A stretch of 51,806 nt of DNA from an uncultured Pseudomonadota bacterium (GCA_903908825.1 CAIVTJ010000045.1:1-51806); one strand, 5' to 3'. Positions 22,668-34,284 are shown, numbered from the stretch's first letter. Translations and numbers: made by a program. The notes: a model not told the origin generated them from the sequence alone.

Positions 22668-23547
22668 GCCTGCCAAGGTCTACCGGGGGCGGTTCGCGCC
22701 GTCACCGTCGGGCCGGTTGCACAGCGGTTCACTGCTGGCCGCTCTGGGCAGTTACTTGGATGCCCGCCATCACGGCGGCCGCTGGCTGATCCGCATTGAA
22801 GATCTGGACACTCCGCGCAATCTGCCCGGTCTGGCCGGCGATATCTTGCAGACGCTGGCGCGCCTGGGCCTCGAGAGCGACGAAGCGCCGCTATACCAAT
22901 CCTCCCGCCACGCAGCCTATCAACAGGCCTTGGCGCACTTGCAAGCCGAAGGCTTGACCTATCCCTGTAGTTGTACCCGCAGTCAGGCCGGACCCGGCAT
23001 CTATGGGGGCCACTGCCGCTCAAGCCCATCGGGGCCGCCTCCTTATGCGCTGCGCCTGCGGCAGGCTGACGAGCGCATCGTGGCCTTTGTCGACCGTTTT
23101 GCAGGTCTGCAACAGCAAGCTTGGGTTCAGTTGGGGGACCCCATACTGCGCCGTCGTGACGGGCTGATCGCCTATCAACTGGCGGTGGTGGTCGACGATG
23201 ACTATCAAGGCATCACTGATATCGTGCGCGGCAGCGATTTACTGGACAGCACTGCGTGGCAACTAGCCCTGATCGATGCGCTGCAACAGCCAGTACCACG
23301 CTATGCGCATCTGCCACTGTTGCTGGCAGCCGATGGCAGCAAGCTGTCTAAGAGTCGCAGTGCCGCAGCCGTCGCAGAACAGCCGCCCGCCACCGTGCTG
23401 GTCGACACGCTGACCTACCTGCAACAAGAGCCGCCAGCCGAACTGTATCGGGCCAGCGTTAGCGAAATATTAGCTTGGGGTATCGCCCACTGGCAGCCGG
23501 AGCGGCTGCGGGGCCTCACGACACTGACAGAAAAAGGCCCGGCTTAA
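22618..23547 (+). CDS. gluQ: Glutamyl-queuosine tRNA(Asp) synthetase
   Basis: Motifs YRGRFAPSPSG, RIEDLD, CSC..Y.GHC, YQLAVVVDD and KLSKS; follows dksA. Start uncertain (GTG 22618 overlaps dksA by 50 nt). Confidence 0.92.
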   Translation: MNVARSNTAIGTTATAEPAKVYRGRFAPSPSGRLHSGSLLAALGSYLDARHHGGRWLIRIEDLDTPRNLPGLAGDILQTLARLGLESDEAPLYQSSRHAAYQQALAHLQAEGLTYPCSCTRSQAGPGIYGGHCRSSPSGPPPYALRLRQADERIVAFVDRFAGLQQQAWVQLGDPILRRRDGLIAYQLAVVVDDDYQGITDIVRGSDLLDSTAWQLALIDALQQPVPRYAHLPLLLAADGSKLSKSRSAAAVAEQPPATVLVDTLTYLQQEPPAELYRASVSEILAWGIAHWQPERLRGLTTLTEKGPA

Positions 23548-23560
23548 GACTGCCGGGCCT
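23531..23560 (-). terminator. Intrinsic terminator of pnp
   Basis: AGGCCCGGC-N8-GCCGGGCCT followed by TTTTT on the minus strand, just past the pnp stop. Confidence 0.75.
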
Positions 23561-23567
23561 CGGTCAA

Positions 23568-25658
23568 TTAGCCGACGTCAACGCTGCGCATGGACAGGCG
23601 CACGCGACCCTGACGGTCGACCTCGAGCACCTTGACGCGCACCAGATCGCCTTCCTTGAGCTTGTCGCCGACGCGCTCAACGCGCTCGTCAGAGATCTGC
23701 GAGATGTGCACCAGACCGTCACGACCCGGCAGGATGGTGACGAAGGCACCGAAGTCCATCAGCTTGGCCACACGGCCTTCGTAGATGCGACCCACCTCAA
23801 CATCGGCGGTGATCAGTTCGATGCGGCGCTGAGCCTCGCGACCCGCCGTACCGTTGACCGATGCGATCTTGACCGTGCCATCGTTTTCGATGTCGATGGT
23901 GGTGCCCGTCTCTTCGGTGATCTGACGGATCACTGCGCCGCCCTTGCCGATGACGTCGCGGATCTTTTCCGGGTCGATCTTCAGGGTGATGATCGACGGG
24001 GCCCACTCGGACATGTTGGAGCGCGGCTCGGTGATGACCTTGGCCATCTCACCGAGGATGTGCAGACGACCGGCCAATGCCTGATCGAGAGCAACCTTCA
24101 TGATCTCGGGGGTGATGCCCTCGACCTTGATGTCCATCTGCAGCGCAGTGATGCCCGACGACGTGCCGGCCACCTTGAAGTCCATGTCGCCCAGGTGATC
24201 TTCGTCACCCAGGATGTCGGTGATGACCTTGAAGCGCTGGCCCTCGAGCACCAGACCCATGGCCACGCCTGCGACAGGAGCCTTGATGGGCACGCCGGCA
24301 TCCATCAGCGCGAGGCTGGTGCCGCATACCGAAGCCATAGAGCTCGAGCCGTTGGACTCCAGGATCTCGGACACCACACGGATGACGTAGGGGAAACCTT
24401 CCATCTCGGGCAGCACAGCGGCGATGCCGCGGCGGGCCAGGTTGCCGTGACCGATTTCGCGGCGCTTGGGCGAACCGATCATGCCGGTCTCGCCCACCGA
24501 GAACGGGGGGAAGTTGTAATGCAGCATGAAGCGTTCGCGACGCTCGCCTTCCAAGGCATCGATGATCTGCGCATCACGGGTGGTGCCCAGCGTGGTGGTG
24601 ACCAGCGCCTGAGTCTCACCGCGGGTGAACAATGACGAACCGTGGGTACGGGGCAGCACACCGATGCGGATGTTGATGGGGCGCACGGTCTGGTAGTCAC
24701 GACCGTCGATGCGAGGCTGACCGGTGAGAATGCGGTCACGCACCACATTGCTCTCGAGCTTGTGGATCTGCACCGAGACCAGATCGGCTGCCCAGCGGGC
24801 CTTGCCTTCGACCTGCGGCACGGCAGCAGCCACCTCAGCCTTGATCTCTCCGACACGCTTGTAGCGCTGCTGCTTTTCGATGATGCGATAGGCGTCAGCA
24901 ATCTTTGCCGTCGCGTGCTCGGCCACAAAGGCCAGCAGATCGGCATCTTCGGCGGCAGGCGCCCATTCCCAACGCGGCTTGCCGGTTTCGGCAACCAGCG
25001 CCTTGATGGCGCTGATGGCGACTTGCATCTGCTGGTGACCAAACACCACGGCGCCGAGCATGACGTCTTCAGACAGGCTATCGGCTTCGGATTCGACCAT
25101 GAGCACCGCATCAGCGGTACCGGCAACGATCAACTCCAAGCGCGAGGCCTTCAACTCTTCGCGGCCCGGGTTCAACAGATAGGCACCGTCGCGGTAGCCC
25201 ACGCGCACGCCACCGATCGGGCCTGCGAAAGGCACGCCCGACAGGGCCAACGCAGCCGAGGCACCGAGCATCGAGGGGATGTCAGCATCGATATCCGGAT
25301 CGAGCGAGACGACCGTGGCCACGACCTGAACTTCATTGAAGAAGCCGTCGGGGAACAGCGGACGGATCGGGCGGTCGATGAGGCGCGAGGTCAGAGTCTC
25401 TTTCTCGCTCGGGCGACCTTCACGACGGAAGAAGCCGCCGGGAATGCGGCCGGCCGCATAAGTCTTTTCCTGGTAATTGACCGTCAGCGGGAAGAAATCC
25501 TTACCCGGCTGCGCCTGTTTGCGGGCGACTGCAGTCACCAGAACGACGGTGTGACCCATGGTAACGACCACGGCACCATCGGCTTGGCGGGCCAGCTCGC
25601 CGGTCTCGATCGTTACCGTATGCGAACCAAAGGGGAAAGATTGCTTGGCGACGCTCAC
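23568..25658 (-). CDS. pnp: Polyribonucleotide nucleotidyltransferase
   Basis: Motifs [28 protein letters not shown] and [14 protein letters not shown] and S1 domains. Confidence 0.98.
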   Translation of the reverse strand: MSVAKQSFPFGSHTVTIETGELARQADGAVVVTMGHTVVLVTAVARKQAQPGKDFFPLTVNYQEKTYAAGRIPGGFFRREGRPSEKETLTSRLIDRPIRPLFPDGFFNEVQVVATVVSLDPDIDADIPSMLGASAALALSGVPFAGPIGGVRVGYRDGAYLLNPGREELKASRLELIVAGTADAVLMVESEADSLSEDVMLGAVVFGHQQMQVAISAIKALVAETGKPRWEWAPAAEDADLLAFVAEHATAKIADAYRIIEKQQRYKRVGEIKAEVAAAVPQVEGKARWAADLVSVQIHKLESNVVRDRILTGQPRIDGRDYQTVRPINIRIGVLPRTHGSSLFTRGETQALVTTTLGTTRDAQIIDALEGERRERFMLHYNFPPFSVGETGMIGSPKRREIGHGNLARRGIAAVLPEMEGFPYVIRVVSEILESNGSSSMASVCGTSLALMDAGVPIKAPVAGVAMGLVLEGQRFKVITDILGDEDHLGDMDFKVAGTSSGITALQMDIKVEGITPEIMKVALDQALAGRLHILGEMAKVITEPRSNMSEWAPSIITLKIDPEKIRDVIGKGGAVIRQITEETGTTIDIENDGTVKIASVNGTAGREAQRRIELITADVEVGRIYEGRVAKLMDFGAFVTILPGRDGLVHISQISDERVERVGDKLKEGDLVRVKVLEVDRQGRVRLSMRSVDVG

Positions 25659-25705
25659 GCTTTAATAACCTCGGAGATAGTGTTCCAGCGAACTGACAGT
25701 GCCGG

Positions 25706-25746
25706 AAAAAACAAAGGCCGCCCGGTCATGCGTGACAGGGCGGCCT
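25706..25746 (-). terminator. Intrinsic terminator after rpsO
   Basis: AGGCCGCCC...GGGCGGCCT stem followed by TTGTTTTTT on the minus strand. Confidence 0.8.
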
Positions 25747-25755
25747 GGATTCGGA

Positions 25756-26025
25756 TCAGCGGCGAAGACCCAGCCGCTCGACCACTTCTTGATATTTCTG
25801 CGGCAGAGTCGACTTGAGGTAATCGAGCAGCTTGCGGCGCTGATTGACCATCTTGACGAGGCCCCGGCGGGACGAGTGATCGGCCTTGTGCGCGGTGAAA
25901 TGGCCGCCGAGTCCGCTGATCCGCTCTGAGAGCAGAGCGATCTGCACTTCAGGGGAACCGGTGTCGGTCGGGTCGCGACGGAACTGTTCGACAATCCCGC
26001 TCTTTTTTTCAGTCGATAACGCCAT
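25756..26025 (-). CDS. rpsO: 30S ribosomal protein S15
   Basis: Motifs [17 protein letters not shown] and LGLRR; 89 aa. Confidence 0.98.
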   Translation of the reverse strand: MALSTEKKSGIVEQFRRDPTDTGSPEVQIALLSERISGLGGHFTAHKADHSSRRGLVKMVNQRRKLLDYLKSTLPQKYQEVVERLGLRR

Positions 26026-26076
26026 GTAGGGGCCCTTTAGGAAAGCGCGGCATTCTAACCGTAGAGGGCGACACCC

Positions 26077-26964
26077 TCAAGTCAAATGCGCGGTCAAATC
26101 ATTGAAAAGTCGGCGAGGCCTCAATAAGCCCCCCTCGGTGAGTTCACCCAAACCCAAAAACAGCCCGTCGGGCGCGTACAAACGTGCCCGACCGGTTTCT
26201 CGAACGCCTGACAGTTGCACGGCCTGACCTTGTCGCAACCGGCCGACCGACACCAGCGGCACCGTGATTTGCGGCAACTGCGGCAAGGCGGCATCGGCGC
26301 TGAGCAAAGTCACGCTCTGCGGCGCCTCTAACACCTGTTCTAAAGTCACCAAGGGGTGACCCTGGAAAGGCTCGACGTATTCGCGCCGCAAGGCCACCAG
26401 ATGCGCGCAACTGCCGATCGCACGGGCCATATCCTCGGCCAGCACCCTGATGTAAGTGCCCTTGGAGCATTCAACCCGCCATTGCCAATCGCCGTTGTCG
26501 TGCGAGAGCAGTTCTAGCGTTTGCAGCTCGATGGTCCGCGGTGCCCGCTCGACCTCCAATCCTTGACGCGCCAACGCATAGAGGGGTTGGCCATCGCGTT
26601 TCAAAGCCGAATACATGGGCGGCACCTGCTGGCTGCTGCCCAGCAGCGATGCTGCGACGGCCAGCAAGCGCGCATGCGCATCGGCCGGCACATCAGCCGT
26701 CTCGACGACCGGGCCTTCAGCATCACCGGTAGCCGTACGGGCACCCAGGCGCGCTGTGAACAGATAAGACTTGCGCCCTTCCAGGAGATCGCCAGCGACC
26801 TTGGTGGCCTCACCCAGGCACAGCGGCAACATGCCGGTCGCCAACGGATCGAGGCTGCCGGTATGACCGCCCTTGATACGGCCGAAGGCATAGCGGACGC
26901 GCTGCAGCGCGGCGTTGGAGGACAGACCTAAGGGCTTGTCCAGCAGCAGGATGCCGCTGGTCAC
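26077..26964 (-). CDS. truB: tRNA pseudouridine(55) synthase
   Basis: Motifs LDKP, GHTGSLDP (catalytic Asp intact), QVPPMYSALK and SKGTYIR. Confidence 0.96.
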   Translation of the reverse strand: MTSGILLLDKPLGLSSNAALQRVRYAFGRIKGGHTGSLDPLATGMLPLCLGEATKVAGDLLEGRKSYLFTARLGARTATGDAEGPVVETADVPADAHARLLAVAASLLGSSQQVPPMYSALKRDGQPLYALARQGLEVERAPRTIELQTLELLSHDNGDWQWRVECSKGTYIRVLAEDMARAIGSCAHLVALRREYVEPFQGHPLVTLEQVLEAPQSVTLLSADAALPQLPQITVPLVSVGRLRQGQAVQLSGVRETGRARLYAPDGLFLGLGELTEGGLLRPRRLFNDLTAHLT

Positions 26965-27323
26965 GCCTCGCCCTTGACCGCTGCGGTTATCAGCGCGGTC
27001 AGCTTGGCGGCACGCTCGAAGGTTTCGTCGATGACAAACTCCAGACGCGGTGCGTGCCGGAGGCCAACGCGGCGACCCACTTCACCGCGCAAAAACCCGG
27101 CTGCCGCAGCCAAACCGGTCAGCATCTCCGGGGGCGCTTTGGCACCACCGAACGCCACCACATGCACCTTGGCTGTACTGAGGTCACGCGCCGCAGTCAC
27201 CAGAGTGACCGTCAGCGGTCCGATGCGCGGATCTTTGACTTCGCGGCTGAGCAACTCGGCCAGCGTTCGTTGCATTTCGGCTTCGATACGCTGGTGTCTT
27301 TGGCTGGGTGCAGACTTGGCCAT
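26961..27323 (-). CDS. rbfA: Ribosome-binding factor A
   Basis: Motifs VKDPR, DLSTAKV, AGFLR and LRHAPRLEF. Confidence 0.95.
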   Translation of the reverse strand: MAKSAPSQRHQRIEAEMQRTLAELLSREVKDPRIGPLTVTLVTAARDLSTAKVHVVAFGGAKAPPEMLTGLAAAAGFLRGEVGRRVGLRHAPRLEFVIDETFERAAKLTALITAAVKGEA

Positions 27324-27335
27324 CAGTACCCGGCT

Positions 27336-29885
27336 TCAGATCGTGCGCGCGATTTCAACGCGCGAATAGCATTCGATCTGATCACCGGCTTGTACGTCCT
27401 GATAGTTCTTAACGCCGATGCCGCACTCAGTGCCGGCACGCACTTCGTTGGCCTCGTCCTTGAACCGGCGCAGGGATTCGAGCGCACCCTCGAAGATGAC
27501 CACGCTGTTGCGCAGCACGCGGATGGGGTTGTTGCGCTTGACTGTGCCTTCCATGACCAGGCAACCGGCGACCACGCCGAACTTGCTGGAACGGAACACT
27601 TCGCGCACCTGTGCCACACCGACGATCTGTTCTTTGATTTCGGGAGCCAGCATGCCGCTCATCACGGCCTTAATGTCGTCGATGGCTTCGTAAATGATGC
27701 TGTAGTAGCGAACATCGACGCCGGTCTCTTTGATGGCATCGCGTGCACCGGCATCGGCGCGAACGTTAAAGCCGATGATGCGTGCCTTGGATGACGCAGC
27801 CTGCTGTACGTCAGAGGCAGTGATGCCGCCGACGTTCGCGCTGAGCACTTTGATAAGCACTTCATCGGTGGACAGCTTGAGCAGCGCATCGCGTATAGCC
27901 TCGGCGCTGCCTTGCACATCGGTCTTGACCAGCACAGGTATGACGCCGGCCTTGGCCTCTTCCATCTGCGAAAAGACATCCTCGATCTTGGCGCTTTGAC
28001 GGGCTTGGCGCGTATCGCGGAACTTGCCTTGACGATGCAGTGCCACTTCACGGGCCTTGCGATCGCTCTCGACTGCCAGTAGTTCATCACCTGCATTGGG
28101 TGCAGCGGTCAAACCCAGCACGACTACCGGCATGGACGGCAGCGCCTTGTCCACAGACTTGCCGTTCTCATCGAACATGGCACGGACGCGGCCGAACTGC
28201 TGCCCCGCCAGGATGGGATCGCCGAGCTTGAGCGTACCGCGACGCACCAACACCGTAGCGACCGGTCCGCGTCCCTTTTCAATGCTGGACTCAACCACGA
28301 TACCCGTGGCCAAACCATCGCGCGGAGCCTTGAGTTCCAGCACTTCGGCTTGCAGCAAGATGGCTTCGAGCAAAGAGTCGATACCGGTACCGACCTTGGC
28401 CGACACCTGCACGAACATATTGCTGCCGCCCCAGTCCTCAGAAATCACGTCATATTTGGACAGCTCTGTGCGGATGCGATCGATGTCCGCATCGGGCTTA
28501 TCGATCTTATTGATGGCCACGACGATGGGCACGTTGGCCGCACGCGCGTGTTCGATGGCTTCGATGGTCTGCGGCATAACGCCGTCGTCCGCTGCTACCA
28601 CCAGCACCACAACGTCGGTGGCCTTGGCGCCGCGGGCACGCATGGCGGTGAAAGCCGCGTGACCGGGCGTATCGAGGAAAGTGATCATGCCGCGCGGCGT
28701 TTCGACGTGATAAGCGCCGATATGCTGTGTGATGCCACCGGCCTCGCCGCTGGCGACCTTGGCGCGACGGATATGATCCAGCAATGAGGTCTTGCCGTGA
28801 TCGACATGGCCCATGACTGTGACCACAGGCGGACGCGATACGTACTTGTCGGCAGCGCCATCGGCGCCCTGCAGACCTTCTTCGATCTCGTTCTCTTTGA
28901 CGAGCTTGGCAGTGTGGCCCATCTCTTCAACCACCAGCACCGCAGTGTCCTGGTCGATGGGCTGATTGATGGTCGCCATGATGCCGAGGTTCATCAGAAC
29001 CTTGATGACCTCGGTCGCCTTGACGGCCATGCGCTGCGCCAACTCAGCAACCGTGATGGTCTCGCCTATAGCGACATCGCGACGCACCGGTGCGGTTGGC
29101 ATCTCGAAGCCATGCCGCGTATCGCCATCGTTGCCGGACGGACGGCCCCGCATACGCTGGCGCGGCTTTTTCTTAAAGCGGGCGCTGGAATCGACCGAGA
29201 CATGCAACTCCTGGCGACCATAACGTGTGGCCGGTGCTGAAGGCGCACGTGCAGCGCTGGGCTGCGCAACCGGCGCCTGGGCCGGCGCAGTGCGCTGCCG
29301 TTCGGTGCGTTGCTGCTCGGCTGTGCGCTGGGCACGTTGGCGTTCGGCATCGCGCTCGGCCTCTTCCTTAGCCTGCTGTTCCGCTGCGCGCCTGGACTCT
29401 TCCTGCACGCGCGAACGGTTTTGCTCTTCTTCGAGCCGCCGGCGGTTTTCGATGTCGATGCGCTCAGCTTCACGGCGCTCGGCAGCGATCCGCTCTTGCT
29501 CGAGACGCTCGGCCTCTTCCTGTTCACGGCGCTGCTGTTCGAGCAGTTCCTGCTGCGGCCGCGCCTGCTCCTCCAGCACATCACGCTTGACGTAAGTGCG
29601 CTTCACACGCACTTCAACGTTGACAGTGCGCGCCCGCCCCTGCGTGCTGGCCATCTTGATCTCGCTCTGCGTTTTGCGCTTGAGCGTGATCTTGCTGGGT
29701 GCTGCAGCTGCGGAATCGCTGCCATGACTGCGACGCAAATGCGCCAGCAACTGGTTCTTGGCCTCATCGTTAATGAGATCGTTCTCACCCGACGCGGGTA
29801 TGCCGGCCTGCTCCAGTTGGATCAGGAGCCGGTCTACCGGAACCTTCAGGACATCAGCAAATTGTGCAACAGTGACATCAGCCAT
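27336..29885 (-). CDS. infB: Translation initiation factor IF-2
   Basis: Motifs [29 protein letters not shown] and NKID. Confidence 0.98.
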   Translation of the reverse strand: MADVTVAQFADVLKVPVDRLLIQLEQAGIPASGENDLINDEAKNQLLAHLRRSHGSDSAAAAPSKITLKRKTQSEIKMASTQGRARTVNVEVRVKRTYVKRDVLEEQARPQQELLEQQRREQEEAERLEQERIAAERREAERIDIENRRRLEEEQNRSRVQEESRRAAEQQAKEEAERDAERQRAQRTAEQQRTERQRTAPAQAPVAQPSAARAPSAPATRYGRQELHVSVDSSARFKKKPRQRMRGRPSGNDGDTRHGFEMPTAPVRRDVAIGETITVAELAQRMAVKATEVIKVLMNLGIMATINQPIDQDTAVLVVEEMGHTAKLVKENEIEEGLQGADGAADKYVSRPPVVTVMGHVDHGKTSLLDHIRRAKVASGEAGGITQHIGAYHVETPRGMITFLDTPGHAAFTAMRARGAKATDVVVLVVAADDGVMPQTIEAIEHARAANVPIVVAINKIDKPDADIDRIRTELSKYDVISEDWGGSNMFVQVSAKVGTGIDSLLEAILLQAEVLELKAPRDGLATGIVVESSIEKGRGPVATVLVRRGTLKLGDPILAGQQFGRVRAMFDENGKSVDKALPSMPVVVLGLTAAPNAGDELLAVESDRKAREVALHRQGKFRDTRQARQSAKIEDVFSQMEEAKAGVIPVLVKTDVQGSAEAIRDALLKLSTDEVLIKVLSANVGGITASDVQQAASSKARIIGFNVRADAGARDAIKETGVDVRYYSIIYEAIDDIKAVMSGMLAPEIKEQIVGVAQVREVFRSSKFGVVAGCLVMEGTVKRNNPIRVLRNSVVIFEGALESLRRFKDEANEVRAGTECGIGVKNYQDVQAGDQIECYSRVEIARTI

Positions 29886-29904
29886 ATTTACTCGCTCTCG
29901 AGGC

Positions 29905-31404
29905 CTATTTCTCGGCCTGGAACCAAATTTCGCGCGCCTTCATGATCAGCACGCCAGCGCGCTGTTCATCGAGTCCGTCAATGCCTTCAAGGTCATCGAT
30001 GGACTGCTCGGCCAATTGCTCACGGGTACGGATGCCGCGACGGGCCAGATCTAGAGCCAGATCCGGATTCATGCCAGTCAGTGCCAGCAGGTCATCGGCC
30101 GGCATAGTCTGTTCGAGGCCCTCTTCGCTGGCGATAGCCTGCGTCAGCAAGACATCACGAGCGCGGTTACGCAGCTCTTTGACCATATCTTCGTCGAACT
30201 CAGCGATGGACGACAGCTCGCTGACCGGCACATAGGCCAGCTCTTCGATGGTCGAAAAACCTTCCTGAGCAAGAATGGCAGCGACATCCTCATCGACGTC
30301 CAACTGCTTCATGAACATCTGGACCAGCTTGCTGGACTCGGACTCGCTCTTGGCCTCGGCGTCAGACTCGGTCATGACGTTCAGATCCCAACCAGTGAGC
30401 TGGCTGGCCAGACGGATGTTCTGGCCGCCGCGGCCGATAGCCTGCGAGAGCTTATCTTCGGCCACAGCGATATCCATGCTGTGTGATTCTTCATCGACGA
30501 CGATCGACAGCACTTCTGCCGGCGCCATGGCGTTGATGACAAACTGCGCCGGGTTGTCGTCAAACGGGATGATGTCGACGCGCTCGCCGGCAATCTCGTT
30601 AGACACCGCCTGCACACGCGAACCGCGCATACCCACGCAGGCGCCCACCGGATCGATACGCGGCTCGTTGCTGCGCACGGCAATCTTGGCGCGCATACCC
30701 GGATCACGGGCAGCAGCGAGGATTTGAATAGTGCCCTGACCGACTTCCGGCACTTCGAGCTTGAACAACTCGATGAGGAACTCCGGGCAGGTGCGCGACA
30801 AAAACAATTGCGGGCCGCGCGGCTCTGAGCGCACTTCACGCAAGTAAGACTTGACCCGATCCTGAGGCTTGAGGGCTTCGCGCGGGATCATGTCCGAACG
30901 CGAGATAAAGCCTTCCGCATTACCACCCAGGTCGACAAAAATGCCGTTGCGATCGACGCGCTTGACCACGCCGCTGATCAGCGAGGCGACTCGGCCTTCA
31001 TACTGCTCAATGACCTGCGCACGCTCGGCTTCGCGCACCTTTTGCACCATGACCTGTTTGGCCTGCTGCGCTGCGATGCGACCGAACTCCACAGATTCCA
31101 TGGGCTGCTCGACGAACCCGTCGACCTCCGCATCGGCACTGATGTCCAAGCCGTCTTCCAGACGCACCTCTGCTTCCGGGTTTTGCAACTCGGTCGAGTC
31201 GTCGGCAAACACCTTCCAGCGGCGGAACGTTTCGTAATCACCTGTCTTGCGGTTAATGGCAACGCGCACGTCCCAGTCTTCGCCGTGACGCTTGCGTGTG
31301 GCAGCCGCCAAGGCCGCCTCCAGCGCGTCAAAGATGATTTCTTTCTCGACGCCCTTTTCGTTAGAAACGGCATCTACGACGATCAGAATTTCTTTGTTGT
31401 TCAT
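29905..31404 (-). CDS. nusA: Transcription termination/antitermination factor NusA
   Basis: Starts MNNKEIL at ATG 31404; motifs [20 protein letters not shown] and AIGRGGQN, with acidic C-terminal repeats. Confidence 0.97.
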   Translation of the reverse strand: MNNKEILIVVDAVSNEKGVEKEIIFDALEAALAAATRKRHGEDWDVRVAINRKTGDYETFRRWKVFADDSTELQNPEAEVRLEDGLDISADAEVDGFVEQPMESVEFGRIAAQQAKQVMVQKVREAERAQVIEQYEGRVASLISGVVKRVDRNGIFVDLGGNAEGFISRSDMIPREALKPQDRVKSYLREVRSEPRGPQLFLSRTCPEFLIELFKLEVPEVGQGTIQILAAARDPGMRAKIAVRSNEPRIDPVGACVGMRGSRVQAVSNEIAGERVDIIPFDDNPAQFVINAMAPAEVLSIVVDEESHSMDIAVAEDKLSQAIGRGGQNIRLASQLTGWDLNVMTESDAEAKSESESSKLVQMFMKQLDVDEDVAAILAQEGFSTIEELAYVPVSELSSIAEFDEDMVKELRNRARDVLLTQAIASEEGLEQTMPADDLLALTGMNPDLALDLARRGIRTREQLAEQSIDDLEGIDGLDEQRAGVLIMKAREIWFQAEK

Positions 31405-31411
31405 CTCTCTC

Positions 31412-31945
31412 CTACCTTCGCGCTGGGCCGCGTGACCAATCCGGTGCAAGTCTGGCTTTACCCAATTCTTCGTAACGAATGGCCACTTGCGTGCCGTCCA
31501 CGTTCATCTCAAATCCTGTCTCAGCAACCAGGGTCAACAGACCCGTATAACGCTTGCGGCCCTCACGCGGCCACAACAACTCGGCATGCACCCGCTCACC
31601 GGCAAAACGCCGGAAATGCTCCGGGGTGCGCAAAATACGATCGACCCCAGGCGACGACACCTCGAGCGAATAAGCCACCGGTATCGGATCTTGCGCATCA
31701 AGCATTTCGGAGACTTCGCGGCTGACCCGCTCGCAGTCCTCAACGCCAATGCCCTCAAACGAGCGATTTTCATCGCTCTCGTCACCGACACCGACTGGCG
31801 CCACGCCGCCCGGCCAGTCGATATAGATCCGCAGCAGCGCATCTGAGCGCCCAGCCACGTACTCGATATCGACGAGTTCGTAACCCGACCCCACGACCAG
31901 GGGTTCGATGAGGGCCATCAATTGCGCACGCAAACTATCGACCAT
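31412..31945 (-). CDS. rimP: Ribosome maturation factor RimP
   Basis: Motifs LRIYID, EDCERVS and YSLEVSSPG.DR. Confidence 0.95.
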   Translation of the reverse strand: MVDSLRAQLMALIEPLVVGSGYELVDIEYVAGRSDALLRIYIDWPGGVAPVGVGDESDENRSFEGIGVEDCERVSREVSEMLDAQDPIPVAYSLEVSSPGVDRILRTPEHFRRFAGERVHAELLWPREGRKRYTGLLTLVAETGFEMNVDGTQVAIRYEELGKARLAPDWSRGPARR

Positions 31946-32204
31946 CTGTCACCTGAAACACGACTCGCCTCTTGCGGCGCCCACGCGCCACGCAAACGGC
32001 AAGTCCAATAAAAAAGGGCCCGAAAGGCCCTCCTGCTGCGGCTTTATGGTTACCGCAAAAGAAAAGCCCCTCTCGGGGGCCTTCACAAACACCCCTTGCG
32101 GGGTAGGCGCGGATTGCTCCGGCCCGGAAAGCCTGAATCAGATACCTGAGCACCTGTTGTATTTCCCGGACTCCGTATAGTAGGGATTATTAAGGAAAAG
32201 GCAA
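31946..32204 (-). promoter_or_regulatory. rimP-nusA-infB promoter and structured 5' leader with two terminator hairpins
   Basis: TTGCCT (32204-32199), 16 nt, TACTAT (32182-32177). Terminator-like stems with U-tracts at 32080-32057 and 32031-32010, plus further tetraloop hairpins. Confidence 0.65.
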
Positions 32205-32215
32205 ACCCTTTAGCT

Positions 32216-33460
32216 ATGCTACGAAGTCAATTACTGCCTCTGACAGCCCTTGCGCTGCTGGCCGCTGCGGCGCCGGCCCAATCCCAGGTCATGCCGCCTG
32301 AGCACACGATGTCTCATGAGGACATGGCCGGCATGGAAGGGATGGAGGGTATGGAAGGCATGGCAGGCATGGACCACATGGCCGGCCATGGCCTGATGTG
32401 GCAGCGCGGCCCGTGGCTGTTGATGACCCATGGCACCCTCAACTGGGTTTACGACAATCAGGGCAGCCCGCGCGGGGGCCGCCAAGGGTTTCTATCCGGC
32501 ATGGTCATGGGCAGTGCCGAACGCTCACTGGCTGAAAACGACACCCTGAATTTAACGGCCATGCTCAGCCCTGAACCGCTGATGGGCCCTGAGGGCTATC
32601 CGCTGTTGCTGGCGGCCGGTGAAACTGCCGATGGCCGCACCCTGCTGGTCGATCGCCAGCATCCGCACGATCTGTTTATGGAGCTTTCGGGCCGGTACAG
32701 CCATGCACTGTCCGCCACATCCGGCGTCTGGCTGTATGCCGGTCTGCCCGGGCAGCCCGCATTCGGCCCCGCAGCCTTCATGCACCGCGAATCGATCAAC
32801 GACAGCCCGGAAGCACCCATCGCGCACCACTGGCTGGACTCGACGCATGTGAGTTTTGGCGTGTTGACGGCTGGCCTGCGCGTTACGCAGTGGAGCCTTG
32901 AGGCCTCGGCTTTCCGCGGCCGTGAGCCCGATCAAAACCGCTACGACATCGAGACGCCGCGCTTGGACAGCTGGTCTGCGCGGCTGTCCTGGCAACCCAC
33001 GACCACTCTCGCGCTGCAAACCTCGTGGGCGCAGCTGCACAGCCCGGAAGCGCTGGAGCCGCAACGTAACGAGCGCCGCTGGACCGCCAGCCTCAGCTAC
33101 ACCGGCCAAGCTTCAGATCAGGGATGGTGGGCCACCACTTGGGCGGTCGGCCGCAAACAGCCTGACGGACTGCCAGCACGCTCGGCTTGGTCGGCTGAGG
33201 CCAGTTACCACCCAAACGTGCAGTGGAGCCTCTACGGCCGGATCGAACAAGTGGAGTCGGACGAATGGCAGCCTGCGCTGGATTTGCAGCAAGCCCACAA
33301 ACTGACCCTGGGGGCTGTACATGACTGGCCCTTAGGCACACGCCTCTGGCTGGGCCTAGGCCTACAACTCTCGCAGGCGGGCGTATCGCCCGCGCTGCGC
33401 CCGGCCTATGGCAACCACCCCTACAGCGGCATGGGCTTCTTGCGGCTGCGCAGCCGCTGA
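32216..33460 (+). CDS. Secreted, probable outer-membrane beta-barrel protein with a Met/His-rich N-terminus
   Basis: Signal peptide, then HTMSHEDMAGMEGMEGMEGMAGMDHMAGHG, amphipathic strands with many Trp, and His motifs QHPHDLFME, FMHR and HHWLDSTH. Confidence 0.75.
   Translation: MLRSQLLPLTALALLAAAAPAQSQVMPPEHTMSHEDMAGMEGMEGMEGMAGMDHMAGHGLMWQRGPWLLMTHGTLNWVYDNQGSPRGGRQGFLSGMVMGSAERSLAENDTLNLTAMLSPEPLMGPEGYPLLLAAGETADGRTLLVDRQHPHDLFMELSGRYSHALSATSGVWLYAGLPGQPAFGPAAFMHRESINDSPEAPIAHHWLDSTHVSFGVLTAGLRVTQWSLEASAFRGREPDQNRYDIETPRLDSWSARLSWQPTTTLALQTSWAQLHSPEALEPQRNERRWTASLSYTGQASDQGWWATTWAVGRKQPDGLPARSAWSAEASYHPNVQWSLYGRIEQVESDEWQPALDLQQAHKLTLGAVHDWPLGTRLWLGLGLQLSQAGVSPALRPAYGNHPYSGMGFLRLRSR
32324..32389 (+). 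repeat. Imperfect 9-bp coding tandem repeat (ATGGNNGGN) encoding (MxG)n
   Basis: atggccggc atggaaggg atggagggt atggaaggc atggcaggc atggaccac atggccggc cat. Confidence 0.8.
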
Positions 33461-33470
33461 CCGCTGCCGC

Positions 33471-34259
33471 TTAACGCGGATTGGTGTGGTGGCTGTCGTC
33501 CACCATGTGCTGCATGTCCTGCTCGATGCAGGGTGCTGGTTCGCCAAAGTCGACCTCTGACCGGGTAAGGGTACGCGGCCGCATGACCCAAGGCTGAGCC
33601 AGCATGACCGGGTCTTCGACCACAGCGCGATAGTCGATGGTATCGCCCGTCCGTCGCAGCCTTTCGGTAACGCGCAACTGGGTGCTGTGAATGGCGCCAT
33701 CGTCGGTCAGCCAGGTCTCTTCGTTGAAGTTGCGCGTTTCGACCACCAGCGTGTCGCCTTCCCAACGCCCCAGAGCCTCGCCCTGATAGGACTCGCTGTC
33801 ATCGTTGCGCTTGGCGTTCGCATCGAGCGGCACCACGCGGAAAAACGGACCTGACACGTCCTCATACAAGAAGATGACCTCGCGGGCGGTCTGCACGATT
33901 TTGTCCGGCGGGCCGATGCGCGGGACACCTGGAGGACGGCAGCGCAGCACCGGGTCGAACTGAACCTGTTTGGCTGCCAGCTCTTGAACGCGCGCCACAA
34001 ATTGCGGCTTGTAAACAGGCCGGTCCGGGACCACAACGGCACGCGGTGCCGGCTTTTGGCCTGACGGCGCACACCCGGTGACGCAGACCGAACCCTTGGG
34101 GCCGGCCACGGGTTTAACAAAGTCGATGCCGCCACCGTTCTCCCAGACCCCGTTCAGATCCGGATGACCGTTGATCAGATGAGGTGCCGACGCGGCGCCC
34201 CACACTAGCGACGCAAACAGCAGCGCTGCCACGCCCGACGCGATTGAGCGGATGGTCAT
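33471..34259 (-). CDS. Secreted hypothetical protein, two-Cys family paralogue A1
   Basis: Start ATG 34259 after SD GGAGG; signal peptide; motifs PDLNGVW, CRPPGVP, GRWEGDTLVVET and EPAPC. Confidence 0.85.
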   Translation of the reverse strand: MTIRSIASGVAALLFASLVWGAASAPHLINGHPDLNGVWENGGGIDFVKPVAGPKGSVCVTGCAPSGQKPAPRAVVVPDRPVYKPQFVARVQELAAKQVQFDPVLRCRPPGVPRIGPPDKIVQTAREVIFLYEDVSGPFFRVVPLDANAKRNDDSESYQGEALGRWEGDTLVVETRNFNEETWLTDDGAIHSTQLRVTERLRRTGDTIDYRAVVEDPVMLAQPWVMRPRTLTRSEVDFGEPAPCIEQDMQHMVDDSHHTNPR

Positions 34260-34284
34260 ATCAGCCTCCCCCGTGTGCTTGTTG

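Noticed and set aside
23475..25817. Long plus-strand ORFs (386 and 391 aa)
   Set aside because: Antisense shadows of pnp.
31935..32180. tRNA-Met, SRP RNA or small ORFs upstream of rimP
   Set aside because: No T-loop or cloverleaf and no SRP domain IV motif; the small ORFs cross terminator hairpins and lack an RBS or motifs.
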